DNA of 64,000 nt from Kudoa neothunni (GCA_964304625.1 OZ199839.1:5512898-5576897), one strand, 5' to 3'. Counted from the first letter of the stretch, positions 49,373-63,650 are shown. Notes: generated from the letters alone by a model not told the origin. Translations and numbers: made by a program.

Positions 49373-52300
49373 TGTGACGGATTTGCATGTTAAATAACAT
49401 ATGCAGTATAATAAACAATAGATTATCCCTCTAAGCGGCATTCATCTGGTATCATTATAAACAGTGTGTTTTGCTACAGCTCTGCATTAAATTAATAACG
49501 TGGCACCCGATGCTGACAATACACTCGGAAATATTGTAATAACGCTGCTGTCTCCGATTGAGACGAAACTTAACCTGTTATCAAAGCAGCTTCCGTCTCA
49601 CATGGACGGAATTATAGACATTGCTGAACTCTGTAAAACTAAGAAAAAACTTGCATGTCTTCTGAATTTGTATAGAGAATACGTCACAAACTTTGTTAAT
49701 GGTGGAAATACAAACGATTTCACCGATTGTGGTAACATTATTGTGGACATCGAACTTCTGTTAAAAGATGCCGAAGAAATCATATCAAATGATCAAGAAA
49801 TCTATTATAAACCTGTTTACAACAAAGCTGAACAATATAGCTTAGAGCAAGATGAGGTTCTAGCCTCTACCAGAATCTGCAACTCTAATGTATGTCTTCC
49901 GCTAATCAAACTTGAGAACTTTTGTGGTTCGTTGGAATGGTGGCCTCAATATTGGGAGAATTTCCAATCCTTAATTGGAAATGACAATAATTTTGGAGAT
50001 TACACCGAATTATTGTACCTGAGGTCTACGTTATTCGGCGAACCAAAGAAAATGCTGAATGACATACTCGCGGAAACACTTGATTACATAACCGCAGTGG
50101 AGATCCTTCAGAAGAGATATGATAAAAAAGATCTAGTCAGAAATTTGTATGAAAAATTAAGGAATATGAATATTATTTCCAACTACACTACGGATCTGCG
50201 TCGTGCATTTTATTTCATTTTTACGTCTGTAAAAAGAATTAAATTGCTAGATCTGTCTATGTCGGAAACATACATTATTGCTCCTGCTATCAAAACTGCC
50301 GAAATTCTTTCTATTGAAATTGGAAGAATCCAAATTGAATAACGATTGGTCTCTTGAACTCTTGGACAAAATGGATATACTCATAACGGCGAGAGAAAAA
50401 TCTGGAATAGAAACAACCAATGTGACTTCATTTAAACCCTTTAATAAAACATTAACAAACTCTAATCTCAACAGCCGGTTACCAAAAGGCTTGAAATGTG
50501 CTTTCTGCCATGACCATCATTACAATGATGATTGCAGAAAATATATCTCAACAAAGGAGAGATCTAAAAAACTTGGAGAAAAATGTATCAAATGCGTGAA
50601 ATTTCACAAGAAAAGAAATTTCTATCATAATAAAGCGTGTTATCATTGTCAATCATTGCATCATCATCGTAGCCTGTGCCCGAAAAAATTCCACTCATTC
50701 AGGTAAAGTTCTTATAGCTCAAAAAAATGACTCTGAGGATATTCAACCTTGCGATATTGATAATTCAATGAACGATAATTGTAACGTTCAATTGTATTCT
50801 TCTGAACCTAACCAAGAAATCAACTCTGCACTCATTCCCACATTCAGAGCGACACTTGTCAATCCACACGATACCCATCATGTTGTTGATGCTAATATTA
50901 TTTTAGATACTAAGAGCGCTTCTAGTTACGTGAGAGAAGATATATTTAAAAAACTGGAACTAAAACCTATATCAAAAGGAAAAGTCACGGTCTCAACTTT
51001 CGAATCCTCCTCACCTAGATCTTTGAATTCTTTAACTGCTTGGATTGGCATTAAAAACCTAATGGAAACATATTTAAATTAATGGTAAGAACTGTCCTAA
51101 TGATTTCTTCAAAAATTCAAGTCCCCTTGATAATATTGTCAAAAATACATCGTGCACGGAGAAATTCGCCGATGGAATCTCACCCCATTCTAATTCTCGA
51201 ATAGACTTGCTAGTTAGATCTGACTACTTCTGGAGAATCTTCGTTTCTAAGCTTGATCCATCTACTGGACTTATCAATCTAATAAAAACAATTTTTGGCG
51301 TTATACCATCTGGGAACATGGTTGTGAGTGTACACGATGATCCATCTTGTGTATTCTTCTGTGATTATCCTCTCGACAAAAACCTTTCTCCTATAACAGA
51401 TGTAAACAGCGTGGAACCTTTCCAAACAGAGGTTTCAAAACTTTGGAAATTGGACTCAATCGGTATAACGGATGACCCACTTGAAGAAGAACATACAATT
51501 GCTATTAAACATTTTAAAAGTACATTAAAATTCAAAAATAATCGATATCATATCAAATGGCCATTTAATGCTGATATTTCAAAATTTCCACATAATTATT
51601 TCAACTGCCTGGCTCAATTAGCAAATTTAACGAAGAAACTATTGAATTCTGAAGAATTATATAAAATTTATTGTGATATAATCTGTGATCAACTAGAAAA
51701 TGAGATAATAGAAATAGTCAACGAAAATCAACCAAGTTTAAAGGGATGTCACTACTTACCTCATCATATGGTAACTCCAACAAACAAACCAATGACAAAA
51801 AGTCGCATTGTATTTAATGCATCGTATAAATCAAATAAGCTTTCGAAAAGTTTTAATGATTGTTTACTGGATGGACCTATGCTGTTGAATGATCTTACCG
51901 GGATTCTACTACGTATGCGATTCAAAAGATGTATAGTTTTATGCGATATTGAGAAAGCGTTTCTGCAAATCGGTGTTCAAGAAAGTGATAGAGACCTGAC
52001 GAGATTCTTTTGGATCAAAAAGTTGAAAAATGGCATTTCTAAAAACAATGTTTTGATATATCGATTTAAAAGAGTTCCATTTGGAATAAAGGCATCTCCA
52101 TTTATTCTTTGTTCGACTATAAAACATCACTTGGAAAGTTCAAATCCAAAACTATGCCGAAAAATTTTATCGAACGTTTACATGGACAATTTCATAATTG
52201 GATTAGATACTATTGAGGAAGTGATGACTGCTCGAGAAGAAATGATCAGTATTTTCAAAAAATGATCAATGAATCTGTTGGAATGGAGCTCAAATTGCAA

Positions 52301-54869
52301 TGAAGTTAACAAATTATTACCAACCAACGAGAAACTTCAATCAACACAGATAAACGTCTTAGGCCTAATCTGGAATACGAACTCTGACAGCCTGAAAATT
52401 GGAGGTTTCGGCACCAATTCTGCGATGTCCAAACGAGATGTGACAAAAACCTTGGCCAAAGTATTTGATCCACTCGGATTTTTTTTCCAGCGATGTTGAA
52501 AGGAAAAATACTTCTGAAGAATTTATGGATGGAATCAAAAAATTAGGACGATTATATTGGTGACGAAGCCAAAAGTGAAATATATTAAATAATGAATGAT
52601 ATTACTGGCATCGAAAAACTTGAAATTCAACGCTTCATGATATTCAGGGTTCTGAGGAACCTCAACTAATTGCTTTTTCTGATGCGTCCATAAATACTTA
52701 TGCCCGTTGTGTGTACATTCGCTACAAAAAGTCTGGTTCATGGTATTCCAAGTTAGTTTTTGCCAAGGCTAGAATAGCTCCAATGAAAAAGCTATCCATA
52801 CCAAGACTCGAATCTCGAATTGATGGGAGCTATTATCGCTGGCCGTTCCTTGCATTTTGTCAAGAGCCAATTGTTAATTGATATATCAAAATGTATGCTC
52901 TTTGTGGACTCCAAACGCGTTATGTATTGGTATTATTCAAAAAAGAACTTATCGATATTCGTCAAAAATAGAATAAATGAACTCAAATGCAATTTGGATA
53001 TAACAATCAAATATGTACCTACTGCTGAAAACCCAGCGGATATACCTACAAGAGGAATGCTCGTATCTGAACTGTCTGAAAGCTCTTTATGGTGGAATGG
53101 CCCGACTTGGCTACAATCGGATGAATCGTTATGGGAAGTCTATGCTGTAGATGACCTTAATATTCCTAATGAAGCGCTGGTCGAATTAGCAAAGCATGAA
53201 TCTACGCAAATAAAAACATTGCTTGTTCAAGATTCAAATAATCACTTAATACAAGTCCATTCTCTATTGAAATTGAAAATTTTACTAGTCTACGAAAGCT
53301 ACTACGGGTTACCGCGCGGTGTAATCGTTTTTGTTATAACACTAGAGAAAACATCAAAATAAATGGATGTCTTGCGGCTCGAGAATTAGAAAGAGCTAGA
53401 ATGATGTGGGACTTGTGGATTCAAAAAAGCCATCTTCATGATATATACGAATCAGTTAAAAATGGAGAACCTGTGAAAATCAACAACTTACCACGACTTT
53501 TTTTCGACAAAAATGATCTAGTCAGATGTGCTGGTCGACTTGATTTTGCCCAACTTGCATATGATGAAATTAATCCTAAATTGTTACCAAGACCAACAAA
53601 ATACACGAAACTCATTATCATGGATGCTCATCTTAGAGCGATTCATGGTGGTGTATCTTATACGCTTTCAGTGGTTCAATCGCAATACTGGATACCTAAA
53701 GGGCGATCTCAAGTTAAAAAATTCATTAGAAAATGTCATCAATGCAAAATACTAAAGAGTAAACCTTACAATGTTCCACCTTTCCCACCGTTTCCTGTCT
53801 CTAGAGTTAACGTATCTCCTGCATTCACTCATGTTGGCCTGGACTATTTTGGCCAAATTGGGGTAAAGATTGGATCGGATAATGAAAAGGTCTGGATTTG
53901 CCTTTACACATGTTTAGCTGTCAGGACAATACACCTCGAAATCATTCACAATTTATCCGCTGAAGAGTTCTTTATGTGTCATCGTAGGTTTATCGCTCGA
54001 AGAGGGAGACCGCTAGAAATTTTATCGGATAACGCAACACAATTCGGACTAGCTGAATCCATAATAAAAGATTTTCTCACTAATAATGATGTAGTATGGA
54101 AATTCACACCAGCGTTTGCTCCTTGGAAGGGAGGCGTCTATGAGAGATTACTCAAAATTATCAAAAACTGTTTTCAATATACTATCAAAAAGAAGATACT
54201 CAGCTTATATCATCTGTCGACATTTTTATTTGAAATGGAAAATGTGGTGAATAATCGACCATTAACCTATGTTGATGCTGATTCCGTTATTCGTCCCATC
54301 ACACCTAATAATTTTCTGATACTGAATCCATGACGTGATCCTTATACCTTAAAGCCTGAGTATGATTTGGAAACATTTCAAATGGATCTAAGGAAGGAAC
54401 TAATCAGCAATCATTGGAAAAAGGGTCAAAAGTTACTTTCAGTATTCAATAATCATTGGAGAAGAGAATACCTGCTGAGTTTGAAAGAAAGGTACAACAA
54501 CCGGTTGATTACTGAATCGCCTAGTGAACTGACACCTAAAGTTGGCGATATCGTTCTGGAGCATGACCAGGACTCAAAGCTCAATTGGAAAATGGCTAGA
54601 GTCATACAGTTGCTAAAGGGTCATGACAATCAAATAAGGTCGGCGACGATCAAGTTTGGTAACCGAAAGACATCTAAGAGATCTTTGGATCATCTCTACC
54701 CCTTAGAAATTGATGGATTCTAAACTTAATTTGGGGGAGTGTGACGGATTTGCATATGTTATTTAACATTGCAATATAATAAACAATGGATAATCCATCT
54801 AGGCGGCATTTTATCTGTTATCATCATAAACAGTGTGTTTTTCTACAGCGCTACATTAAATTAATAACA
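49373..54869 (+). mobile_element. BEL/Pao LTR retrotransposon, 5.5 kb, frameshifted
   Basis: LTRs 49373-49500 and 54740-54869; TSD GGCGT; PBS TGGCACCCGA; PPT GGGGGAG; triple Cys/His gag, YLPHH, DIEKAFLQI, YMDN, FDPLG, ENPADI.TRG, GLDYFG, APWKGG.YER. Confidence 0.96.
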
Positions 54870-56645
54870 GGCGTAAACAGTGATATATTGTTTTGATTGC
54901 ATTAACTGGCCCGAAGCCAATTTTTGTTGCTCATTCGGCGTTATGAATTGTCTCAAGGAATTTGGAATACAAAGCTGATAATACGCGTATGTTTAGCTTT
55001 CATTATAATCATTCAAAAGAATTATCGCATCCAATTCATGGACTTGGTCGATGATTGGCTCACCTAATGATAATTCATTAATCTTCATTTTACACCTTTC
55101 ATCAATGTAATAGTAATAGAGGTCGGAAGCGATAAAGTGACAGTGTTGTAAAAATACCAAAGATCTTAGTGATGTGTCACAAGGGGAAGCTGTAGTTTAA
55201 TACTAATAAGATTTACGACCATTGAGTAGTAATATAACATCAAAATTCGTTACAATAGGATTTTAAGAAATTTTGTTTACTATCATTTTTAATTTTGTTT
55301 ATTAATAATGGAATTGACTATTTAAAATTGGCAGAAGATAAAGAGATTAAACAAAAATATTTACAATAATTCACCGAATAATTAATCCAATTATTTGATT
55401 ACTTTGAAAATCTGGATTTTGATAATTCCGATAAGTATGTTTCAACTTTATATTTAAAAATGCTCTTATTGTTTTCAGAATAGATATTATAAAAGGAAAT
55501 CTCAAAACCTTATTGCATTACATCCAGTAGCGGATTAAGCCCAGAAAGTAATTTCAAAACATCCCATAATTCTAAAATAGATAATCTTTTTCTAATAAAT
55601 CAAAAAATTGTGTTTGCAACTACGCAACGCCGATATCCAACTGTTATTACAATCCATTGGAAACCAAAATTATCGCCTGTGTACTCACGCAAAGTCTCAG
55701 GAATCATTCTGGATATAACAAACGAAACTGATGTTGGCAGACTAAAGTACAAAAATTATAGGGTTTGTCAAATGAACTTGGCGCATTTGCAATTAAACTC
55801 AACAGGTTTTCAACTGAACGCGGCACTTTTTTTTCTGATCAAAATTCGTATTTGTCATAATCCGAGAATCACGATCCCTCACAATAAAGAGGGAAGTCGT
55901 TCCCGGGTGGGCGACCCGGTGGAGACCGAGGCGAGGCCCACGCTACACGGAGATATACATAGACACGACTAAACTGGGAGGAATACCATCACTACCTTTA
56001 GTCTATTTTATTCCAGTTCTCTTTCTTTTGCGCGGCCTTAATCCCAAACTATAACAACTTGGCGACGAGGACCATTACTACTACTACTGCTGGGGAAAAA
56101 AATGAAAATTACGAGATACGATTCTTCTCAAGATATTCAATGCTGGATTGAACAAGTCCGAGAATACTTCACTTTTGGTTCCATTGTGGATGAAATAAAA
56201 CAAAAGTCGACAATTCTCCTCAATCTCAATTCCAATGAATACAAAGAACTACAGGCAGAAATATTCCCTTCGACGTTTACCGAAGTTACCGTAGGGGAGG
56301 TGCAAGAAGCTCTTATTAGATGCTTTGCCCCCAAGGTAAACACTATTGCGCTAAGAGGAAGGTTCCATCGAAGAGATCAACTAGATCATGAAACGATCTC
56401 GGAATATATTATATATTCGAGAGCTAAAAAAGTTAGCAATTGGATGTAACTTTGGATCTAACCACCGAGAAAACCTCCGAGACCGACTTATTAATGGTAT
56501 GAAGTCTCAAACATTTTGAGCGGAGCTACTCAACCTGGAGGATCCAACATGGGATGCCGCGATTTCCATCTTAGCGGATAGAGAAGCGGCTGAATGCGGA
56601 GCTAAGATTTCACAGTCAATAAAGCCGGAACCAATATATAAGACG

Positions 56646-58236
56646 ATGGTGGTCAAAGGAAAATGTTACTCCTGTGGAAAGCCAGGCCACCATATAGAGC
56701 AATGCATGCATAGAAACGATATATGCAAATTTTGCAAGAAAAAGGGGCACGTCCAAGAAGCGTGTTTCTCCAAAAGAAATCAACGGAAAAATCGAGTCCA
56801 CATAGTTGAAACGCCTTCTGAGAGTGTTAGACATCGTTTTGATGATTGCGATGTAATACATATGTATAACGACAGCTTTGTTAAACCTATGATGATGGAC
56901 ATACTCACGCAGTTTGGAAAAATTAAATTCGAAGTGGATACTGGCTCTGGTAGAACCATAGTACCATATGAAACATTGAAACAATTGTCGAACGGCAATG
57001 AACTTAGAGTGAAGCGCTCGAACACTTTATTGAGAGACTACAGTGGAAACGAAATTAAAGTGGTTGGTGCGTACCCTCTGCGAATGAGAAGGAAAGGAAC
57101 TGACGAAACAATCGATTGTATTATAGTCGAATCATCAAACCGACCCCTTCTCGGACGCGACGCCATTAAGAAATTGAACATTCAGATAGAAGAATGTTAT
57201 GCTGTAGAGCAACTTGATTACGTGACGGAGTTTCCAAATGTATTCGACGCTAACGACAATGCTCCGGTGAAATCTTACAAGGTAAAGCTGCACATTAAAA
57301 GTGGTTTTTCCCCAATATTTTGCAAAGCTAGAAGAGTGCTATATGCTTTGGAGGGAAAAGTTGATGTGGAGCTGGATCGACTGCAAAAACAGGGAATTTT
57401 GGAACCTTTGAACTATTCGGATTGGGCGTCACCAACCGTCAACGTGCTAAAATCCAATGGAAAGATTAGAATCTGTGGTGATTATAAAATGACGATAAAC
57501 AAAGCTCTGAATGCGGAGATCTATCCTTTGCCTGTGCCAGAAGACATTTTCAATCAAATGAAGGATGGATGTTATTTCTCAAAACTTGACCTATCATTTG
57601 CTTATCTACAACTTGAAGTGGTCGAGGAAGACAGGAAGTATCTAACGATCAACACACATAGAGGCTTATATCAATACAAGAGACTCAACTATGGAGTCAG
57701 TGCTGCACCCTCTATATTTCAACAATCTATGGACAACGTTCTGAAGAACATTAAGGGTGTATGTTGCTACATTGATGATATTATCAGTGGATCGTCATAC
57801 CTTGAGCACAATGCTAGAGTTACGGAGGTGCTAAAGAGGTTAGAAAACTTCAATATTAAAGTGAAACCAGAAAAATGTGTCTTCGGTGTCCAAGAACAAT
57901 CGTACTTGGGACGTTTGGTTTCAAAAGATGGCATTAAACCTCTCAAAGATAAGGTGAAAGCAGTGCTAGAATGCCCCGAACCAAAGAATGTGAATGAGCT
58001 GCGATCATGGATTGGTTTAATTAATTACTACGCCAAATTCATCCCTAACTTGGCTTCAATTATTGCACTTTTAGCTACACTATTAAAGAAGAATGTGAAA
58101 TATGCATGGAGTGAACAATGTCAACAAGCTTTCGATGAATCTAAGCTGGCCCTTTCAACGGATAAATGTTTGGTATACTATAATCCGTCATTCCCTATTA
58201 CTCTGATGACAGATGCTTCAATGAATGGACTTGGAG
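56646..58236 (+). CDS. Gag knuckles, protease, RT and start of RNase H of Gypsy-5
   Basis: Open frame to TDASMNGLG; resumes as VVLSHTYADGSERPIMFASR at 58915. Confidence 0.88.
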
Positions 58237-58710
58237 TTTGAAGGGAAAATCATAGTGAATTCTAATTACGTACCCAATTTTACTAAGGTGGATAATGCTT
58301 TGGTTAGACGCCTCAGAATCATTAAAACTAGCAGAACGTTTACAGGAAATGCCGTTATTCCTATGGAAGTTTTAATGACTAAAACGTGTACTGACGTTAA
58401 TTGTTCGGCGTTTATTTCTTTGTTACAGAATGCCTCGGTTATGACAAATGAAATTGATCCTGGTAGCGCGGTGTTCGTTACTAACAATGAACAAGAAAAG
58501 ATGGAAGATTTCATTCCTATAAAAGAAGTCTTGTTCAAATTTGACAATAGTGTGGATGTCGCTGATATTACTAAGTATAAAATCTTGAAGTTTAATTTTG
58601 TATCAGCGACTAAAAAAATCGGATGGAACATCATGGAGAGTCGGAAGAGAGTTGTGGATCAAAATTTACGAGTTTTTAAAAAAATTAAGTGGTTAAACGA
58701 TACCAATTAA
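58237..58710 (+). pseudogene. C-terminal fragment of a D5-family (SF3) primase-helicase inserted in Gypsy-5
   Basis: KIIVNSNYVPNFTKVDNALVRRLRII resembles, from memory, the motif C/arginine-finger region of poxvirus D5 ([25 protein letters not shown]); open for ~157 codons to TAA; unrelated to retroelement proteins. Confidence 0.75.
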
Positions 58711-61623
58711 ACTGGTGAGTGTTTTATCTATTAATAAACAAATTGTTTTATTATTTGTTATAATATAAATTTTTTTAAGGTGAACCACTATTGAACCATG
58801 TGTTTGTGTTTGTGATTGTCATTGTTGAATTTTGAATTGTTTTACTATATATAATTATAAAAACTATTTGTTTCGATGTTATTATTTGTTATTTTTGCTA
58901 TTAATACAAAAAAATGGTCTTGTCACATACCTACGCTGATGGATCCGAGAGACCGATAATGTTTGCATCCCGATCATTAACAAATGCCGAAAAAAATTAC
59001 AGTCAGTTAGAACGAGAAGGGTTGGCAATCATCTTTGGATGTAAGAAATTTCACAAATACATCTATGGAAGAGAGTTTACGATTCTCTGTGATAATTTCC
59101 CAGTGACTTCGTTACTCCAAGAATCCAAACCCATTCCATTAGTTTCGATGTCTCGAATCCAACGATGGGCGATTTTTCTTACAAATTACAGATATAAGAT
59201 TAGATTCAAGTCTGGAAAAGCAAACTCCAATGCGGATGCCATGTCACGGTTGCCAATCGAAGATAACATTCAACTTGAGACTGAATGCTATAAATTATCA
59301 ATGGAAGGAAATATCCCGATCAATCAGAGAAAACTCCAAGCAGAGACAAGAAACGATGATGTAAAGCAAAGAGTGATATATTTCGTCCAGAATGGATGGC
59401 CCAACGAATGTCCGGAGGAGGAACTTAAGCCATACTTCTTCCGAAGAACAAATCTGAGCATCACCAATAATTGCCTTGTGTTTGGAATGAGAATGGTCAT
59501 CCCCAAAACTGCAAAAAAACCATGTTACATGAACTTCATTGGACCCACATTGGAGTGGAGAAAATGAAGAGTTTAGCGAGGCTGTATGTGTGGTGGCCAA
59601 CGATGGATGGTGAAATAGAACACTTGAGTGATAGTTGTATGGAATGCAAACGTTTCGCTTGCTCCCCAAAGAAGTTCAACATTATAAGCTGGGAATTCGC
59701 GTCAAAACCGTTGGATCGCCTCCATATTGATTATGCTGAATACAAAGGAACGAACTACATAGTGATGGTTGATGCATATTCGCGTTGGATTGAAGCATAC
59801 CCAACGAAATCCACTACCGCGGTGGCCACGATAAGATTGCTAAAGGACTTCATCGGCAGATTTAGGATTCCAATCTGTATTGTAAGCGACAATGGACCGC
59901 AATTTGCCAGCGGAGAATTCAAGGAGTTTTTGTCAATCTCTGGACATCAAACTGAAGTTTTGCCCTCCATATTACCCGCAATCCAACGGGTTGGCAGAGA
60001 GATGTGGGCGTGCTAAAACAATATTTGAAAAAGCAATGGGGAGCTGGAAAACCACTGGACGTGAGTGAATTTTTGTTTGCGTATAGGAATGTACCACACA
60101 CTATAACGCAAGAAACCCCAAGTAAGAGATTTTTGAACAGGGAAAGTGAGGACCAAATTGTCGAATTTGAAACCAACTCATGTTACACCGTTATAACACT
60201 AACCTAACGGTGTTCAGGGTCTTCAAAGAAAACCAACTGGTAGGAGTGAAAAACCATTTGAATGGCCAATTTGACTAAGGAAATGTGCTGAAAAGAGTTG
60301 GAAAGGTTACCTTAAACTAAGTGTAAACGACAAGATAAAAACGACACATGTAGACGACTTGATCAATATCGAGTCGGATCGAGGATGTAGTGATTCTGAT
60401 TACAAGACTCCACCTCAATCCCTTAGCGAACCGGATGTCGAAGAAACACCGCTTCGCCACCACTTAGACGCTCTGAGCGTAAAAGAAAACCGCCCACAAT
60501 GTACCAAGTCACATTTAAAGATAGGCGGAGAGGATATAATCCGAGAATCACGATCCCTCACAATAAAGAGGAAAGTCGTTCCCGGGGGGGCGACCCGGTG
60601 GAGACCGAGGCGAGGCCCACGCTACACGGAGATATACATAGGACACGACTAAACTGGGAGGAATACCATCACTACCTTTAGTCTATTTTATTCCAGTTCT
60701 CTTTCTTTTGCGCGGCCTTAATCCCAAACTATAACAGTATTGAACCATTAAAATCTCTATAAATGTTTTTTATGATGTATATTGTAAAGACCTCCGACGG
60801 GAAACGAATATACTTACATTTTATGATTAAATTCGTTTCAAGTACCTAGAAAAGTTTTATTTTACAGTCTATGATAGGTCGGCCCGCTTTAAATATTCCT
60901 ATTTAAATTTTATCCTTAGAGGCTATATAACAAAATAAGCCTCTTTACATTAATATAAAATGTAGGAAAAAAGATCCTTTTAACAAAATAAAAAAATAAA
61001 TGCAAAGCGATAACAAAAGAATATCAAAAATTTAATAGGATGGGTTCTTTTTTCATCCCAGAAAATGGGATTTGAAACAGAATTTTCTCATTCTATTAAT
61101 CACATGTGATGAAAACAAACCAAGCTCATTTGGTTCTAAGATTGAGTTATCGCAGAGAAATTATTCTAGAATATGACCTATCAAAATATTAAATTCAATG
61201 TTTTTTATTTTATTATTTTAATAGGTAAATTTGTTAATAATTTTGCTTATTAACAACACTTATTTTTAGTATAGGTGATAGATGGATGATAATACTTAAT
61301 TTACACAAAAATAGAATGAAAAGGAGTAATTTGTAAGCTTCAAACATAACTTTGAATAAAAAAATATCCGGCATATAAGTAATTTCATAAAATATTATAA
61401 GGTTTTTCGAGCTTTAACAACGCGTGTCTAAATTTGGTATCTTATTAGGTAGAGAATTCGTATTTATAATTCAGAAAATATCAAATGGGGCGGTAATAAT
61501 GTTTATTATAGTTGATTTGTATAATATTTATGAAACAAAAAAGATACCAGTAACGATTCTCAAATTAGAGTCCCAAAAAATGAGGCAGACAATCTCAAAT
61601 GACACAAGATCAATGATTATTAA

Positions 61624-62900
61624 CCATCTAACACTTTTGGGGGTAATACATCCCAAAACGATATTGTTATTGGCACATCTTCCTTATTAGTTTTGTCTGT
61701 CGCTATAAATTCAAGCTATTCCTTTAGTTTATGTTACTCTTTAATTTTAATAAAAAAATGGTAAAAAATAAAAATTTAAATAAAAAATACCATCCAACAC
61801 TTTTGGGGTGTAAAACACTCCAGATTTTTTGTTTACTTAAATAATAGGAATAAATATATTTGTTACGGATACGTAATATTAATGGCATGAAATCTATAGT
61901 TATTCCAAAATCATGAGATTTGTAAGGCAGTTACATGAGTTCGCCTGCGCAATAGTTATCCGATATAATAAATGCGCACGCCGTAAATATTTGATAATAT
62001 TGAAACGAGCGGTTTTCGTGAGTAAAATGAGGATTTATGTTCATCTGACAGCGTATTCGAGGATGAAATTACTGATGATGAAGCTGAAATTCCGGAAGCA
62101 CATAACAACATGTTAACAAGCGAATGTGGAATTACGTGGAGCTTATCCAAGCCACCTACAACTAAAACATGCCAAGAAAACATTATGAATTACTTACCTG
62201 GAACTACAGTTTATGCGACGTGAAAGATACTATGCTTACTAAATTGTTTCCTTAAGTTTTTCAACAATGATATATGCCATCAGATTATTTCATTTACCAA
62301 CGTGTTTAAAATGCATCATTTAAAGAATACTGGAATGAATTAGACCTTGTGGAATTTAAAGGTTACCTTGGATTTCTCCTTTGATGGCTACCCATAAAGA
62401 CCGACAAGAGCGTTATGCGAGCTGTTCGGTGTAAAAGAAGGTAAGGAAATATATAGAAGGTTTTTTCACTCCGTCGATTGACTCAAATCACTCGAGCACT
62501 CCATTTCGATGATTTTAATACACGATTGGAACGAAAAAAAGATAAATTTTTCCCAGTCTGTAATGTATGAAATCAATGGGTTGATTTATTACCTCGATGT
62601 TTTCACACAATTAGGACGTAACCGTAGACGAGAAACTTGTTTCGTTCAAGGGAAGGTGCCCATTCCGATAGTACATGCCGATAAGCCCGCAAAATATGGC
62701 CTAAAGTTTTTTCTCTTAGTCGATCCGGTGGAAAATTATGTCTGTAACGTCAGTGTATATCTTGAGAAAAATAACTATAAAACCATTCGACAATTCGGAT
62801 TGGGTGAAAGTGTTGTTCTCTCATTGTCTACGCCACTTTTCCATTCAGGTAGGAATGTTTTGATATCGATGTTTAAAACACGAACAGTTAGCTACTGATG
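61624..62900 (+). pseudogene. piggyBac element, 5' part, decayed and truncated
   Basis: TTAA|CCATCTAACAC start with an internal repeat near 61790; HKDRQE, KPAKYGLKFFLLVDP, GESVVLSL..PLFHSGRNV; related to 12460-14717. Confidence 0.8.
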
Positions 62901-63385
62901 AATCATTTTCATATTACTTTTCTTAATTGATAACAGTTGTTCATACAGGTATAAATCTAAAGAATGCATAACAAAGCGAAATAAGATTAATTATTTGTTG
63001 TTGCCTTTTTTCAAAAATAAAGCTACTTCCTTGAATATTTGTTTAATGCAGGTCAATTTATTAACCAATCTATTTTTATCAGAGTCTGGTTTTACATTTC
63101 CAATGAAGAGAACTTTTGGTATAATTGTTTTAGGATCAAGAAAAATCTTTTGGTAAGGATCATTCGTTCCAAGAATATAACTTTGATTACTGAAATAAGC
63201 TCGGTGAATATATAGACATTTCTATTGGAGTGTGGATCGTGGATCGGAAGACTAACAAATTTTCTCTTTACGGAGAATCTGTTTAACAACTTAAAATTTG
63301 ATGGTGTATATTATATGTAGTGTATTAATTTGATATTGTTTTCACCCTATAAAAAGGGTTAATATTTCGGTGTTCGCATCATTCT

Positions 63386-63650
63386 ATGGCTGAAGTTAAT
63401 AATGGTACAATGAGCAGGATCGCTCGACCAAAACTATATGATGGAAAGAGTTGTCCGAAAAGTGGTTCAGAAGGTTCGAACTGGCTGTAAGAAGGAAAAA
63501 TTTGGATATGGTCTCGTACAACTCGGAACTGTCGTTATCATTGGATGTTGATATATGGACTATGGTTTCGTCCGTTGGGTTGGACGAGAATACGACGTAT
63601 GAATAGATTAAATCATACATTTTGGAATGTTTTGATCAAGGATTGATCAT
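63386..63650 (+). pseudogene. Gypsy gag N-terminus remnant
   Basis: MAEVNNGTMSRIARPKLYDGK..., then a shifted frame KWFRRFELAV, comparable to FEPFDGK..AWCARFELL of Gypsy-1. Confidence 0.5.

Larger units (their letters stand above)
55853..60736 (+). mobile_element. Gypsy LTR retrotransposon 'Gypsy-5' (Mag-like), carrying a foreign insertion
   Basis: LTRs 55853-56056 and ~60535-60736; TSD GTATT; PBS TGGCGACGAGG; two CCHC knuckles, VDTGS, RICGDYK, YIDD, VSDNGPQF. Confidence 0.95.

Noticed and set aside
49325-54926. Imperfect inverted repeat (TTCGGGCCA) on both sides of the BEL insertion
   Set aside because: Short and degenerate; no element boundaries or TSD definable.
54875-60900. Possible P-element/THAP9 relic around Gypsy-5
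   Set aside because: Only vague motif traces; too decayed to call without an HMM search.
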